64,000 nucleotides of DNA, from assembly GCA_965223665.1 (NCBI GenBank), contig OZ245011.1, forward strand, positions 1,216,001 to 1,280,000, read 5' to 3'. How positions within the stretch are numbered: the stretch's first letter is position 1; every line of letters begins with the position of its first letter. Positions 39,180-50,568 of the stretch are shown one piece after another. A model generated the notes under the pieces. The model was not told the origin of the DNA. It did not search any database and saw only the letters and a program-made list of their open reading frames with translations. This DNA comes from Nitrospinaceae bacterium (GTDB lineage: Bacteria; Nitrospinota; Nitrospinia; Nitrospinales; Nitrospinaceae). The position numbers and the translations under genes are program-made.

Positions 39180-40004
39180 TCACAAATTAAAATTTGCCGC
39201 TTCGGCTAAAAACGAAAAGATTGCATTAAGCGCTTCATCTTGATTCTTAAAATTTTTCATGTCTCTTTTTTCGGGTCTCAGGTCATTGTGTCGATTAATA
39301 AAATCTTTCCGGAATTTTTCATAACCCTCCTTATTAGAATATTTATATTCTTTTAGAAGTCTCGCCCCCTTGTTTCCCCCAACCCCATTAATAGAATGAC
39401 AAAACAAACAATTATCAAAAAACATTTCCTTGCCACTTTGGGCATTATTTGAACTTAAAGCCACTTTTTCAATTGGACCGTAATACTCCTTCAATGAAAT
39501 AAAATTTAACCGATTTATGTTTGCAGCCATAAACCGCTCCTGCAAAGGCGCATTTACCCCATCCGGAACTATTATTAATAAGGGATTTAACCATGAAGGT
39601 TTTTTAGAAGTTTTAAGGTCTATATTTATAGCAAGCTTTAAATTATATTTATGGATATCCTCGACGGAAACCACGCCTTGATAATCATCCCTACAATCTA
39701 ATAAAACTGCATCGGTTCCACCCTTGACCTTACTTTCCAGGACTAAATCGGAAAAAGATACCACCTTAAACCTAGCCCCTTTGTATCCCATACCCCTCTC
39801 AAAATAGGCACTGGATATCCACTTTTTGGAAAGGGATTGTAATACCGGTATTTCCTTTAAAATGCTCTTCTCAATTAAGTCATTATCGGGAGATGGAGCA
39901 GATCCCAAATTTCCACATCCGCAAAGAAAAAATAAGGCCAATACCAACAAAATCATATTCCTGTAAAAGTAATGAACCATATTTTTTGTGAATCCTTTTA
40001 CCAA
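39180..40004 (-). CDS. Lipoprotein with C-terminal monoheme cytochrome c
   Basis: Lipobox-like FLCGC; GKEMFFDNCLFCH heme motif; true start probably a downstream ATG. Confidence 0.82.
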   Translation of the reverse strand: MVKGFTKNMVHYFYRNMILLVLALFFLCGCGNLGSAPSPDNDLIEKSILKEIPVLQSLSKKWISSAYFERGMGYKGARFKVVSFSDLVLESKVKGGTDAVLLDCRDDYQGVVSVEDIHKYNLKLAINIDLKTSKKPSWLNPLLIIVPDGVNAPLQERFMAANINRLNFISLKEYYGPIEKVALSSNNAQSGKEMFFDNCLFCHSINGVGGNKGARLLKEYKYSNKEGYEKFRKDFINRHNDLRPEKRDMKNFKNQDEALNAIFSFLAEAANFNL

Positions 40005-40111
40005 ATCTACCTTCCAAACTCTTTTTTATGTTAAGATTTGAACCAAATCAGCAATTCACCTTTATTTAAAGGCTTAAGTAGCAGGGAATTGTATTATTAA
40101 TTAGCAAGGAC

Positions 40112-41467
40112 ATGCAGTTTACCATGAATAATTCGGTAATAGATAAAGATACCCCAACAAATAGCAATCAATTCCGCGCTTATTCCATTTCCTGGAATAT
40201 CACAAAACGTTGCAATCTAAATTGTGATCATTGCTATTTAGATGCAGATTTTCGAGGCGGGTTCAAATCTGATGAGCTTACAACAGAAGAGTGTTTTCGT
40301 GTTATAGACCAAATTGCAGAGGTTAACCCTAATGCATTTCTTATTCTAACTGGGGGCGAACCTTTATTACGTCCAGATATATATGAGATTACTCGCTATG
40401 CAGCCGATAAAAAGTTCATGGTGGTTTTAGGAACTAACGGAACCATGATCACTCGCCAAAATGCTGAAAAAATCAAGGAAGCTGGTGCCCATGGCGTGGG
40501 AATAAGCATTGATTCTATGGATCCTGAAAAACACAATCAATTTCGAGGAGTGACCCAGGCTTGGGAACGCTCAATGGATGCATTTAATATTCTCAACGAT
40601 GTTGGTGTAGATTTTCTTATTCAAATGTCCGTATCTGATATGAATTATAAGGAAATTCCGCAAATTATAGAGTTTTCTGAAAAAATTGGAGCCGTGGCCT
40701 TTAATCTATATTTTTTAGTTTGCACAGGACGAGGCCAGGGTAATACTGACATATCCAATGAGGCTTACGAAGAGGCCCTTAAAATCCTTTATGATCAGCA
40801 AATGAAGTACAAAGGTCGGCTCATGATTAATTCCAAATGTGCCCCTCAATACAAGCGTGTGGTGTATGAAAATGACCCCGACTCGGTATATCAGAGAACC
40901 TATTCGGGCGGTTGTCCAGCAGGAACCCATTACAGCCGTATCAGTCCTGAAGGTAATTTAACCCCATGTCCTTTCATTGTGGAATCTGTTGGAAATCTAA
41001 AAGAAAGCTCCTTTAAAAACTTATGGTTTGATGCACCTCTTATGAAGCAATTGCGTGATCGATCTCAATTAGAAGACCGCTGTGGTAATTGTGAGTTTTC
41101 CGCGATGTGTTCTGGTTGCCGTGCACGTGCCTTTGCCGAGACTGGTAATTATATGGCTCAGGATCCTTCCTGTGATTATGAGCCAGGACAAAATGGGGGG
41201 AAATCCATTGAACTTAAAGTTGAAGACACATTAGGTCTTGAAGTTGAATATCGCCAGAAATGGACCGACGAAGCCAAACAACGATTAGACCGAATTCCCT
41301 CTTTTGCCAGGGGTATGGTTGTGCAAGGAATCGAAAAGTTTGCGACTGAACGTGGCGTAGCTTTAATTGATGAACATGTGGTGCAAAAATCCCGTGAAGA
41401 AATGATAACCAAACGGGGTGCAATGTTTCCCTTCCTTAAAAAGTTTATCAATTCAGAAAAACTTTAA
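40112..41467 (+). CDS. Radical SAM/SPASM protein (AhbD/AhbC/NirJ-like) with C-terminal PCP_red-like domain
   Basis: SWNITKRCNLNCDHC, TGGEP, SPASM cysteines CGNCEFSAMCSGCRARA..DPSC; WTDEAKQRLDRIPSFARG tail. Confidence 0.88.
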   Translation: MQFTMNNSVIDKDTPTNSNQFRAYSISWNITKRCNLNCDHCYLDADFRGGFKSDELTTEECFRVIDQIAEVNPNAFLILTGGEPLLRPDIYEITRYAADKKFMVVLGTNGTMITRQNAEKIKEAGAHGVGISIDSMDPEKHNQFRGVTQAWERSMDAFNILNDVGVDFLIQMSVSDMNYKEIPQIIEFSEKIGAVAFNLYFLVCTGRGQGNTDISNEAYEEALKILYDQQMKYKGRLMINSKCAPQYKRVVYENDPDSVYQRTYSGGCPAGTHYSRISPEGNLTPCPFIVESVGNLKESSFKNLWFDAPLMKQLRDRSQLEDRCGNCEFSAMCSGCRARAFAETGNYMAQDPSCDYEPGQNGGKSIELKVEDTLGLEVEYRQKWTDEAKQRLDRIPSFARGMVVQGIEKFATERGVALIDEHVVQKSREEMITKRGAMFPFLKKFINSEKL

Positions 41468-41504
41468 AAAAACAGACCAGTAATTTATTACTATTTTCCT
41501 TTCC

Positions 41505-44500
41505 TTAAGGAACAGTATATGTCACCGAAAGCAAAGGTCGGTTACTGAATCCGGTAACTTCTCTGGAATGAAAACGAATCCCATCGTTGGTTCCTGCAGT
41601 CTGCAAAATAAATCCATTGTTAGTCTTCGTACCATCCACCCAGTCCTGAATCAATTGCACTCCATCCAGATTTAAGGCATAGGTATTAAAACCTGTCGGC
41701 CCTGAGTTCAAAGTTCCAAGTAGAGTGGAACCCACTTCCGAGGCTTCATCAAAGTCTGTCCAATCTGTAGTCGCCTCATCCCAGTTCGTCAGAGCCTCAT
41801 AAAATTCAAAGTCTCCGCTGCTGCCGTTGTACACATTCAACGATATACTCGCAGATTGTATTACCGCTCCTGCTGGAATCTCAGACAAATCCCAAGCTAA
41901 AACAGTTTGCTTTTCTCCTCGTAACGCTGGATTGAACGGATCCGGGGCGTCTCCGTCTACCTGTAAATCTACCAACGTTCCAAAGTTCATCGTAGGAGAA
42001 GTCTCCACAAGTCCTGCATCTCGGGTTCCATCATAAGAGGCATTCGGAAATACTCCATCTTGAAACTCTAAAGTTACCGCACTCGCTCCTGCTTCTACTG
42101 TTATCGATTGAGTCGCCGTCCCCGTATTTCCTGCAGCATCTTCCGCTGTCCAGGTCACTATCGTCGTTCCTACTGGAAATAAATTCCCGGAAGGAGCATC
42201 ATTCGTTATAGAAGTCACTCCCACATTATCCGTAGCAGTTGCCGTTCCTATATCTACAAAAGTGGTCACTCCAGTTGCTGTGACTGTTTCGTCCGCCGGG
42301 GCAGTAACTACGGGAGACTCTGTATCAATTCCACCTGGAACATTGAAAGTGCAAAGGTCGGTTCTGAAAAGTTCCCATCGTTGGTTCCTGCAGTCTGCAA
42401 AATAAATCCAGTCTTCGTACCATCCACCCAGTCCTGAATCAATTGCACTCCATCCAGATTTAAGGCATAGGTATTACCTGTCGGCCCTGAGAGTTGTAAA
42501 GTGGAACCCACTTCCGAGGCTTCATCAAAGTCTGTCCAATCCGTAGTCGCCTCATCCCAGTTCGTCAGAGCCTCATAAAATTCAAAGTCTCCGCTGCTGC
42601 CGTTGTACACATTCAACGATATACTCGCAGATTGTATTACCGCTCCTGCTGGAATCTCAGACAAATCCCAAGCTAAAACAGTTTGCTTTTCTCCTCGTAA
42701 CGCTGGATTGAACGGATCCGGGGCGTCTCCGTCTACCTGTAAATCTACCAACGTTCCAAAGTTCATCGTAGGAGAAGTCTCCACAAGTCCTGCATCTCGG
42801 GTTCCATCATAAGAGGCATTCGGAAATACTCCATCTTGAAACTCTAAAGTTACCGCACTCGCTCCTGCTTCTACTGTTATCGATTGAGTCGCCGTCCCCG
42901 TATTTCCTGCAGCATCTTCCGCTGTCCAGGTCACTATCGTCGTTCCTACTGGAAATAAATTCCCGGAAGGAGCATCATTCGTTATAGAAGTCACTCCCAC
43001 ATTATCCGTAGCAGTTGCCGTTCCTATATCTACAAAAGTGGTCACTCCAGTTGCTGTGACTGTTTCGTCCGCCGGGGCAGTAACTACGGGAGACTCTGTA
43101 TCAATTCCACCTGGAACATTGAAAGTCACCGAAAGCAAAGGTCGGTTACTGAATCCGGTAACTTCTCTGGAATGAAAACGAATCCCATCGTTGGTTCCTG
43201 CAGTCTGCAAAATAAATCCATTGTTAGTCTTCGTACCATCCACCCAGTCCTGAATCAATTGCACTCCATCCAGATTTAAGGCATAGGTATTAAAACCTGT
43301 CGGCCCTGAGTTCAAAGTTCCAAGTAAAGTGGAACCCACTTCCGAGGCTTCATCAAAGTCTGTCCAATCCGTAGTCGCCTCATCCCAGTTCGTCAGAGCC
43401 TCATAAAATTCAAAGTCTCCGCTGCTGCCGTTGTACACATTCAACGATATACTCGCAGATTGTATTACCGCTCCTGCTGGAATCTCAGACAAATCCCAAG
43501 CTAAAACAGTTTGCTTTTCTCCTCGTAACACTGGATTGAACGGATCCGGGGCGTCTCCGTCTACCTGTAAATCTACCAACGTTCCAAAGTTCGTCGTAGG
43601 AGAAGTCTCCACAAGTCCTGCATCTCGGGTTCCATCATAAGAGGCATTCGGAAATACTCCATCTTGAAACTCTAAAGTTACCGCACTCGCTCCTGCTTCT
43701 ACTGTTATCGATTGAGTCGCCGTCCCCGTATTTCCTGCAGCATCTTCCGCTGTCCAGGTCACTATCGTCGTTCCTACTGGAAATAAATTCCCGGAAGGAG
43801 CATCATTCGTTATAGAAGTCACTCCCACATTATCCGTAGCAGTTGCCGTTCCTATATCTACAAAAGTGGTTTCCCCAAGGGAACTAACCGTTTGATTTGC
43901 AGGTGCCGTTACAACCGGTGAGGTGGTATCTCCGACAGTAATATTTTGAATAGCTGAAGATGAGTTTCCATTATTATCGGTTGCGGTCCAGGTCACTTCC
44001 GTCGTTCCTACTGGAAATCCTCCGGCAGGCGCATCATTTGAAATCACTGGTGAAGGATCAATATCATCAACCGCCGTCGCGGTTCCAATAGAAACCGGCG
44101 TTAACGTGCCGGTGGCCTCAACGGTGACATCTCCCGGAATCGTTAGCACTGGAGGCAAGTCAACAATAAAGGAGGCCTCCTCTAACGGGCTCCAGTCATC
44201 TCCGCTTTTAACACGTGCTTTGATGGTTACATTATTTAAAATTTCAACCTGGGTATTGTCGCCACCATTGATCGCGGTCAGCGACACCCCGCCGCCATAC
44301 GCTCTCGGATCGGAACTATCGGTCGTGTAATAAATCGTCGAAGTCACCGCATCATTGGGATTGGAGATATCCAGATTGAATCCGGATTGGACGATACCGC
44401 CTGTGGAATCAAAAATCGGTGCATCCACCTCATAGTCCCAATAGTTATCGAGAAAAGCCAACCGCAGGGTAATCCAATCTTTCATGGCAACAATTTCTCC

Positions 44501-47383
44501 ATGAAGATCATTGATACCATCTGTGTCGCCATCGTACCGAGGACCATAACCGGAAGTGCTTCCCCACCGCGCATCCTCACGAATATAAGCTTCACTGATA
44601 TTAGCTTCCATACCATCAATCATTGCAAAAATATTTGCTTCACTCAAAACGTCCTGTCTGAGTTGTGCCCAACGTTCGCGATACTGAAATTCAAACTCTA
44701 CTCCCGCAAATAACTGCCCCCACCAATCCCAACCGAAGGGATCCACTCCATCACAGCAATTCCAAATCTCCTCAGGGTCATTATCTCTGGAATCCGCTGA
44801 GTTGAGAGTACGATCAAAATCCCAAACCAATCCATTAGATAATTTTCCTCCGCGATCTTTGTAAAAAAAGTTGCTCAATCGGAGAGTATCAGGATCTTTT
44901 GCTAATAATCTAAGTATATGTTGGTCAATCCAGGATAATGTATCTATATATGCCGGGTAACCCGAGGTTGTATCTTCCGGGTTGGGTCCATATAAAGCAT
45001 CCTCAAAATCCTGGATGTAATTTTCAATATAATTTATTTGTTCTGAATTGATATCTTCTAACTTTGGTCGTCTGACATTTACGGTTAGCGAACCCCAGTT
45101 AGGTACATTTCGACTGGTTTTAAAGTTGTATTCATCGCCATCAGGGCGATCTATTGATACGATATAACCTCCTGTGACCCCCGGTTCGGTCGTATCGCCT
45201 GCGGACATTTTTTCAATATCCACGTGATTTTCACCGATTTTAAATTTTGACTCTTGAAACACATATAGCCCGTCATAATCGTCGGAAGAGATCGGTCCGG
45301 TTCCATCGTTAAGATAGACTTCCACAAACCTGGTCTCCGTCTCAAACATCCCTAACTGACCCGACAGCCGATACATCAAAGGATTCGCAACCATACTTCG
45401 GTCATACCGACCGGGAGCATACAACACCCAGTCCGATTCTTCGCCCAAACCCAGTACATCGACGTCAAAATCATCGTCGTTATCGTCCCAGATTTCTACC
45501 TTGTATTGTTTTTTAGGAAACCCGGAAGAACTGCTGCCACGAATACGAATGCCTGCATAACCGGAAAAATTGGGTGCATCGGTAATATTGGCACGCGTTC
45601 CATTCACATCTATAACAGTAATCATAGCAGAGGTGTAATGGTCTGTATTGGATACACCCGTGTTAAACGTATCGATCACGACTATGGGCAGATTGGAATT
45701 GAAGCTTGTGACACTCGAATCCAACTCCGTATAAGTCCCGAATGTAATGCGACCCCCTTTACCATCTCTAAACACTCGCGCACGAATACGTGTGGTATCA
45801 GAAATTGGAATCGGTCCCGTGTAAAGAGAAGAGGATTCCGTCGGCTCACTATTGTCCATCGTGTAGCGAATCACTTCACCCGCTATAAGCGGTCGCTCTG
45901 TATCCAGGGTCAAGGAAAAGTTTGAAGTGAACACACCATTTGGTTGAGAAAATGTCACTAGCGGGCGCGCGGCTTCACTGTTCAATGTCCCCGGGGTGGC
46001 TTGCTCAAGAAACCCAATATTATTCGATGGGGGTGGAAGCTTTTCAAACACCTGCACTTCCGCTAAGTGTAAGAAATTCGTGCCTTCCAGTTGCACCCGA
46101 ACATAACGACCCGAACGGTTCACATCAAAATCGATTTTTCCTACAGCATTGGCGCTACCCGGAAAATGCAAATCCAATACACCTGCCTGCGCCTGCGTCG
46201 TTGCTAAATCCGTTGAAGTGAACGGCGTATCCGAAACAAACACATGAAAATTGTTCAACCGGCTCGAACAACAACTGGTGTTTCCATCAATCCGGTTCCA
46301 GATTGAAATAGTACTTAAATCATGCACAGAACCCAGGTCCACCTGCCACCAGGCCTCCGAATCACTTTGGGTGTGCGAAGCTAAGTGCTCTCCATTACCA
46401 TCGGTGTTCCCATCGATCGCAATACTAGAAAAACGATTGTTAAATAGGGAAGATTGTGTCGCTGTTCCGCTAAGCGCTAAATTCGTTGAACGTGCCTGTG
46501 GAACATCGAACACTTGCAATTCGGCTAATGACAAAGGGTCTGTTCCCTCTATTTGTACTCGTATGTAACGACCCGTGCGGTTCACCTGGAAAAACTCTGA
46601 AGTGTCTGAAGGACCTTGATGAAACAAGTCCAGCACATTCGTTTGAAGTTGAGTGGTGGCCAAATCAGTGGATTCGAATGGTAGATCGGAAACAAGTACG
46701 TGAAAATTTTTCAAACGTTCCATACAACAATCGGTGCGATTCCAAACCTTGATCGCACTCAATTCTTTCACTTCGCCTAAATCCAGCTGCCACCACGCTT
46801 CTGATTCCGAACTGGTGTGTGTCACAGAATTTTGGTTGTAAACTCCATTGGTATTTCCATCAATGGCACGCTCCGGCAAACCACCACTTGCAGTAGAAGA
46901 TTGAGTCGTAGTGCCACCCACAGCGATGTTCACAGGTGCTGAAATTAAACTACCTTCTCGTCCATAAGAAATATCTGTTGATTGGGAGGGATATTCAGGA
47001 GAAAACTCATCGGCGATGGTCACACCATCCGGCATCACTAACGCCAGGTACTCACCACCGGCACTTAAACTAAAATTCGTGTGCAAATTGGGAGAGGTGC
47101 GGTCTTTCTTCGATGCAAAAACAACTAAGTATTCATTGGGATCGATCGTAACTGCTGGAAAGGTCCATTGATCCAATTCCGCAGCATCATCGGTTAAGTG
47201 CCAACCCGTCAAATCAACCGGATTCAAACCGTCATTATATAGCTCCAGCCAATCTTCATCATCTCCATCTTCATCAAATAAGGTGAAATCATTGGAGGCC
47301 ACAAATTCAGAAATAATTACATCCGCGTGAACCGGTGCTATAAAAATAAATAGACCTAGTAATGCAATTAGAAATCTATACAT
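41505..47383 (-). CDS. Giant secreted protein: signal, lamin-tail domain, 2x F5/8-C/fucolectin, CotH kinase, HYR-like and 3x DNRLRE modules; frameshifted near 42350-42375
   Basis: MYRFLIALL...VHA signal; IISEFVASN/DWLELYN (LTD); AIDGN..HT..WWQLDLG..WNR.DCC (fucolectin-like); RIRGSSS..PKKQY, WDFD (CotH); FPVGTT.VTWTA.D (HYR); track ORFs 42308-47416 and 41505-42269 join if 52 deleted nt are restored. Confidence 0.85.
41521..43870. repeat. Three near-identical tandem repeats, 828-bp unit (41521-42348; 42349-43124 with 52 nt deleted; 43125-43870 partial)
   Basis: Direct comparison; shadow ORFs recur at 41827, 42603 and 43431 (spacing 776 and 828). Confidence 0.97.
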
Positions 47384-48054
47384 CTTCCCCTCCCAAGGAA
47401 TATCCAAATTACTCAAACGGTATAGCCCAACTTTAATTGTTTTGTGTCTACCTGATTTTGAGTAATTCTTTATACTTTAAAAGAAATTATTTTAATACCC
47501 TTTTTTAGCTATAAAGATCATATTGTAAGTAGTTGAAATTTTAGTTACGACTTCTTTACAAATTTGAAAAAGAAAATTTTTTCGGTTCTCGAATAAATTA
47601 TTTTAATCAAATGCAGGTATTTAAATAATTCCACTTTTTGACATCAAAAACTTTTGGAGAGGACATGGAAATTTCATCGGATGCCCGAAGCAATTGGAAC
47701 CAATCTCGACCATCACTCAGAAATCAGATTTTTAGTTAAATCAGGAAGAGGTTTAAGAAAAAGGTAAGAATGGATCCCAAGCTTTTTCAATCGAAGATCT
47801 GGTAGTAAGGAATAAAAGGATCCTGGACTAATACAAAGTTCAAATTTTAATAAATTTGTTGAACTTAAATTCATTAAGATAAAAGGAAAAGTTGATAGTT
47901 ATTGCAAGCCTATTCCCTTCTTTGAAAAAGACGCTCCAATTCCAGAAGCTTTAAGCAGGCAGTAAAAATTAAAATATCTTTGCAAATACTAATATTAATT
48001 TTTTTACAACCCTACTATTTTTGAAAAAAATAATTTAAATCTAATGCTGCAGGA

Positions 48055-49125
48055 TTAAGCAACCTTTTTCTTTTTTCGGTTAGAATTGTTAATTATTAGA
48101 TCTACAATTTCTTTATTCCCTTTTTGCTCAGCGAATCGAATAGGGGTCCAACCTTTATAGGATGTGAGTGGATTTGCTCCATAATCCAAGAGCAATTTTA
48201 CTATCTTAGAATTTTGTAATTTTACAGCTCGCAGCAAAGGAGGATATTTACCATTTGGATAAAGATTGGGATCTGCGTTGTGTTCTAATAATACTTGAAC
48301 ATTTTTGAAATTTTCATTTTTTACAGCAATCAACAGCGGAGTAGAAACATTTTTCATAAATACATTCGGATTAGCACCCTTCTCTAAAAGCATAGAAACC
48401 AATTCATAGTTATTATTAAATGCTGCAGAATAAAGGGTGGGTGCACCTGCAGGATGCTTGTAATTTGGATCTGCTCCTTTGGATAATAAAAACTTTGCAA
48501 AGGAGGTATGGTTCGCACTGGTAGCACAATAGATAGGAACACAACCTTTATTATCAGATTGGTGAATATTGGCTCCGTATTCAACTAATATCTGAGCAAC
48601 TGAGGAATCCTGATGCCATGCTTGATGGGCAGCTTGGTGAAGTGATGTTTGCCCTATAATATTTCTAGCTGAAATATCTGCCCCGTTTTCAATTAAAACT
48701 TTAATAACTTCATTTTGTTTATATTCTGATGCAACAAACAATGGAGTACCATAAGAAATTTGGCGAGCATTAACATTTGCTCCGTTTTTTAAAAGAACCT
48801 TAATCACTTCTATTTTCCCCCTTCGTGCAGCCTCATAGAGAGGGGTTGCCCCTCTACTTTCACGAATATCAACGGGGACGCCACTTTCAATCAGTCTCTG
48901 AACTTCGTTGACATCACCACGTGCTGCGGCACGGTGCAAATCAGACCATCCCTCACCGTCCATTTTTTGCATTCGCTTCTCATGAAATGCTATATCATCT
49001 TCAATTGTTTTGCTGCTATCAAAATCAAAATTAAAATTAAATCTAAACCCTAAGTCTTCCCCAAAAATACCAGCAATCAATGCCCAAGCCAAGATTACCG
49101 GCAAAAAGAATAAATTCGATGCCAT
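48055..49125 (-). CDS. Ankyrin repeat protein with N-terminal hydrophobic segment
   Basis: About 9 GxTPLxxAA...LLxxGADxN repeats; likely ATG start after GGAGG. Confidence 0.92.
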   Translation of the reverse strand: MASNLFFLPVILAWALIAGIFGEDLGFRFNFNFDFDSSKTIEDDIAFHEKRMQKMDGEGWSDLHRAAARGDVNEVQRLIESGVPVDIRESRGATPLYEAARRGKIEVIKVLLKNGANVNARQISYGTPLFVASEYKQNEVIKVLIENGADISARNIIGQTSLHQAAHQAWHQDSSVAQILVEYGANIHQSDNKGCVPIYCATSANHTSFAKFLLSKGADPNYKHPAGAPTLYSAAFNNNYELVSMLLEKGANPNVFMKNVSTPLLIAVKNENFKNVQVLLEHNADPNLYPNGKYPPLLRAVKLQNSKIVKLLLDYGANPLTSYKGWTPIRFAEQKGNKEIVDLIINNSNRKKKKVA

Positions 49126-49312
49126 ACCTTCCTCCAGAACAAACATCCATCATTTTTACCGGGAATTCCAACAGACTATCATATTTACACCGAATTTCAA
49201 TATATCGACTCAAAATTATCTCTAAGCCTGCGTTTAATAGCACATTGATTCCAAACTATATTAATTGCAAACCAAATATGCCTGGGAGAGGTATACGGAG
49301 CGTCAGGTAAGG

Positions 49313-49678
49313 TTATTTTTTCCCGTACAGAGAACCAAGACGGAAAGATTGGGAGTTGACATTATTTTTGTCACTATCCGGTTGGGCTAAAGCGTTTGCC
49401 ACTTCGTCTCGGTAGTTTTTCACTCTGCGATAGAGAGGATGGGTAATATCTAATTTAAGATTGGCCAGAGCAGCACTAAATTTTTCTTTTCCTTCCATTG
49501 CAACCTGGCAAACGATTTCTCCGGATTCGCCATCACGGAAGGCATCAGAAATTGTCAGTGGAGTTTTTTTGTTGGCTACCATTCCCATTTCTCTCATCAA
49601 TTCTATGACAGGACCATTACCATAGGCACGAATGGGTAAATGGGATTTAATTTCCACTAACAAGTTATTTGCTGACAA
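49313..49678 (-). CDS. Hypothetical protein
   Basis: 121-aa ORF, TTG start after GGAG, protein-like composition. Confidence 0.72.
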   Translation of the reverse strand: MSANNLLVEIKSHLPIRAYGNGPVIELMREMGMVANKKTPLTISDAFRDGESGEIVCQVAMEGKEKFSAALANLKLDITHPLYRRVKNYRDEVANALAQPDSDKNNVNSQSFRLGSLYGKK

Positions 49679-49974
49679 ATCGAACTCCAGTTTCCAGGAT
49701 TTTTTAATATTTCATTGTTTATATCACTTCAGCTCTGTATTCAAGACAAGATTTTTAAGATTTTTTTCTTTCTTGAAACTTTTGAATTTTTTAAAATCCT
49801 TTATTATTGGCTAATTCCCAGCAATACAACCATTTCCTAGACAAAAAATAACTGTCAGTTTTTGCTCATATTTATTTAAAATATTGTAAAATAAAAAGAT
49901 AGGCTTACAACTTTGCTCTGGAACCAAAACTTTCCACTAAATTTTGCTATACCAAAAAAGGTATATCTGGGAAA

Positions 49975-50361
49975 ATGAATTTTAAAGTACTGTACGTAGA
50001 GGACAATCTCAATAATTTGGATTTAGTAAAAGCCATATTATCTAAATTAAATAACTTGGAATTCGTCTCTGCCTATCATGCAAAATCGGGTATTGAACTT
50101 GCTTTGAGTGAACAGCCAGACCTTATCTTAATGGATATCAACCTGCCAGACATGGATGGAGTCGACGCCCTAAAACTTTTAAAAAGTTCAGATGAGACCA
50201 AAGAAATTCCTGTAATTGCCTTAAGTGCTAATGCCTTGAAGCAAGACATAAGTAAAGCATTGGAAGCTGGCTTTGATTCTTATATTGTTAAGCCATTAAA
50301 GGTAGAAAAATTTATAAATACGATTGAAGCATATATAAATCAAAAAGAGATGGATTCTTAA
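49975..50361 (+). CDS. Single-domain response regulator (DivK-like)
   Basis: VLYVEDN, LMDINLPDMDG, ALSANA, VKP. Confidence 0.93.
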   Translation: MNFKVLYVEDNLNNLDLVKAILSKLNNLEFVSAYHAKSGIELALSEQPDLILMDINLPDMDGVDALKLLKSSDETKEIPVIALSANALKQDISKALEAGFDSYIVKPLKVEKFINTIEAYINQKEMDS

Positions 50362-50510
50362 AATACAATAAACCAAAAAATGTTTTTTGATTAACCAATT
50401 AATGCTCCCTTTATCAACAAGTTTAATAATTCTTTTGCTTAATTAGTAATTCTCAATTTTGTTTTTAGTTTATTGTCAAAATTAAACTTTATTTGACTTA
50501 CCAATCCTAG

Positions 50511-50539
50511 TTGACAATTTTTCAGGGATTTTATATGCT
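50511..50539 (+). promoter_or_regulatory. Putative sigma70 promoter of the T2SS operon
   Basis: TTGACA-17 nt-TATGCT, 30 nt before the first gene. Confidence 0.65.
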
Positions 50540-50568
50540 AAGTAATTGATTTTCTTGGATTAATTCAC

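Noticed and set aside
41505-42269. Independent 254-aa gene
   Set aside because: It is the last HYR-DNRLRE repeat of the giant gene, separated only by the frameshift
41521-43870. Diversity-generating retroelement TR/VR pair or CRISPR array
   Set aside because: Differences are not adenine-specific, no reverse transcriptase or cas gene is present, and units are 828-bp coding modules without spacers
47420-48050. Gene remnant or sRNA in the long intergenic region
   Set aside because: Only short ORFs and one AT-rich hairpin (about 47836-47867); nothing recognisable
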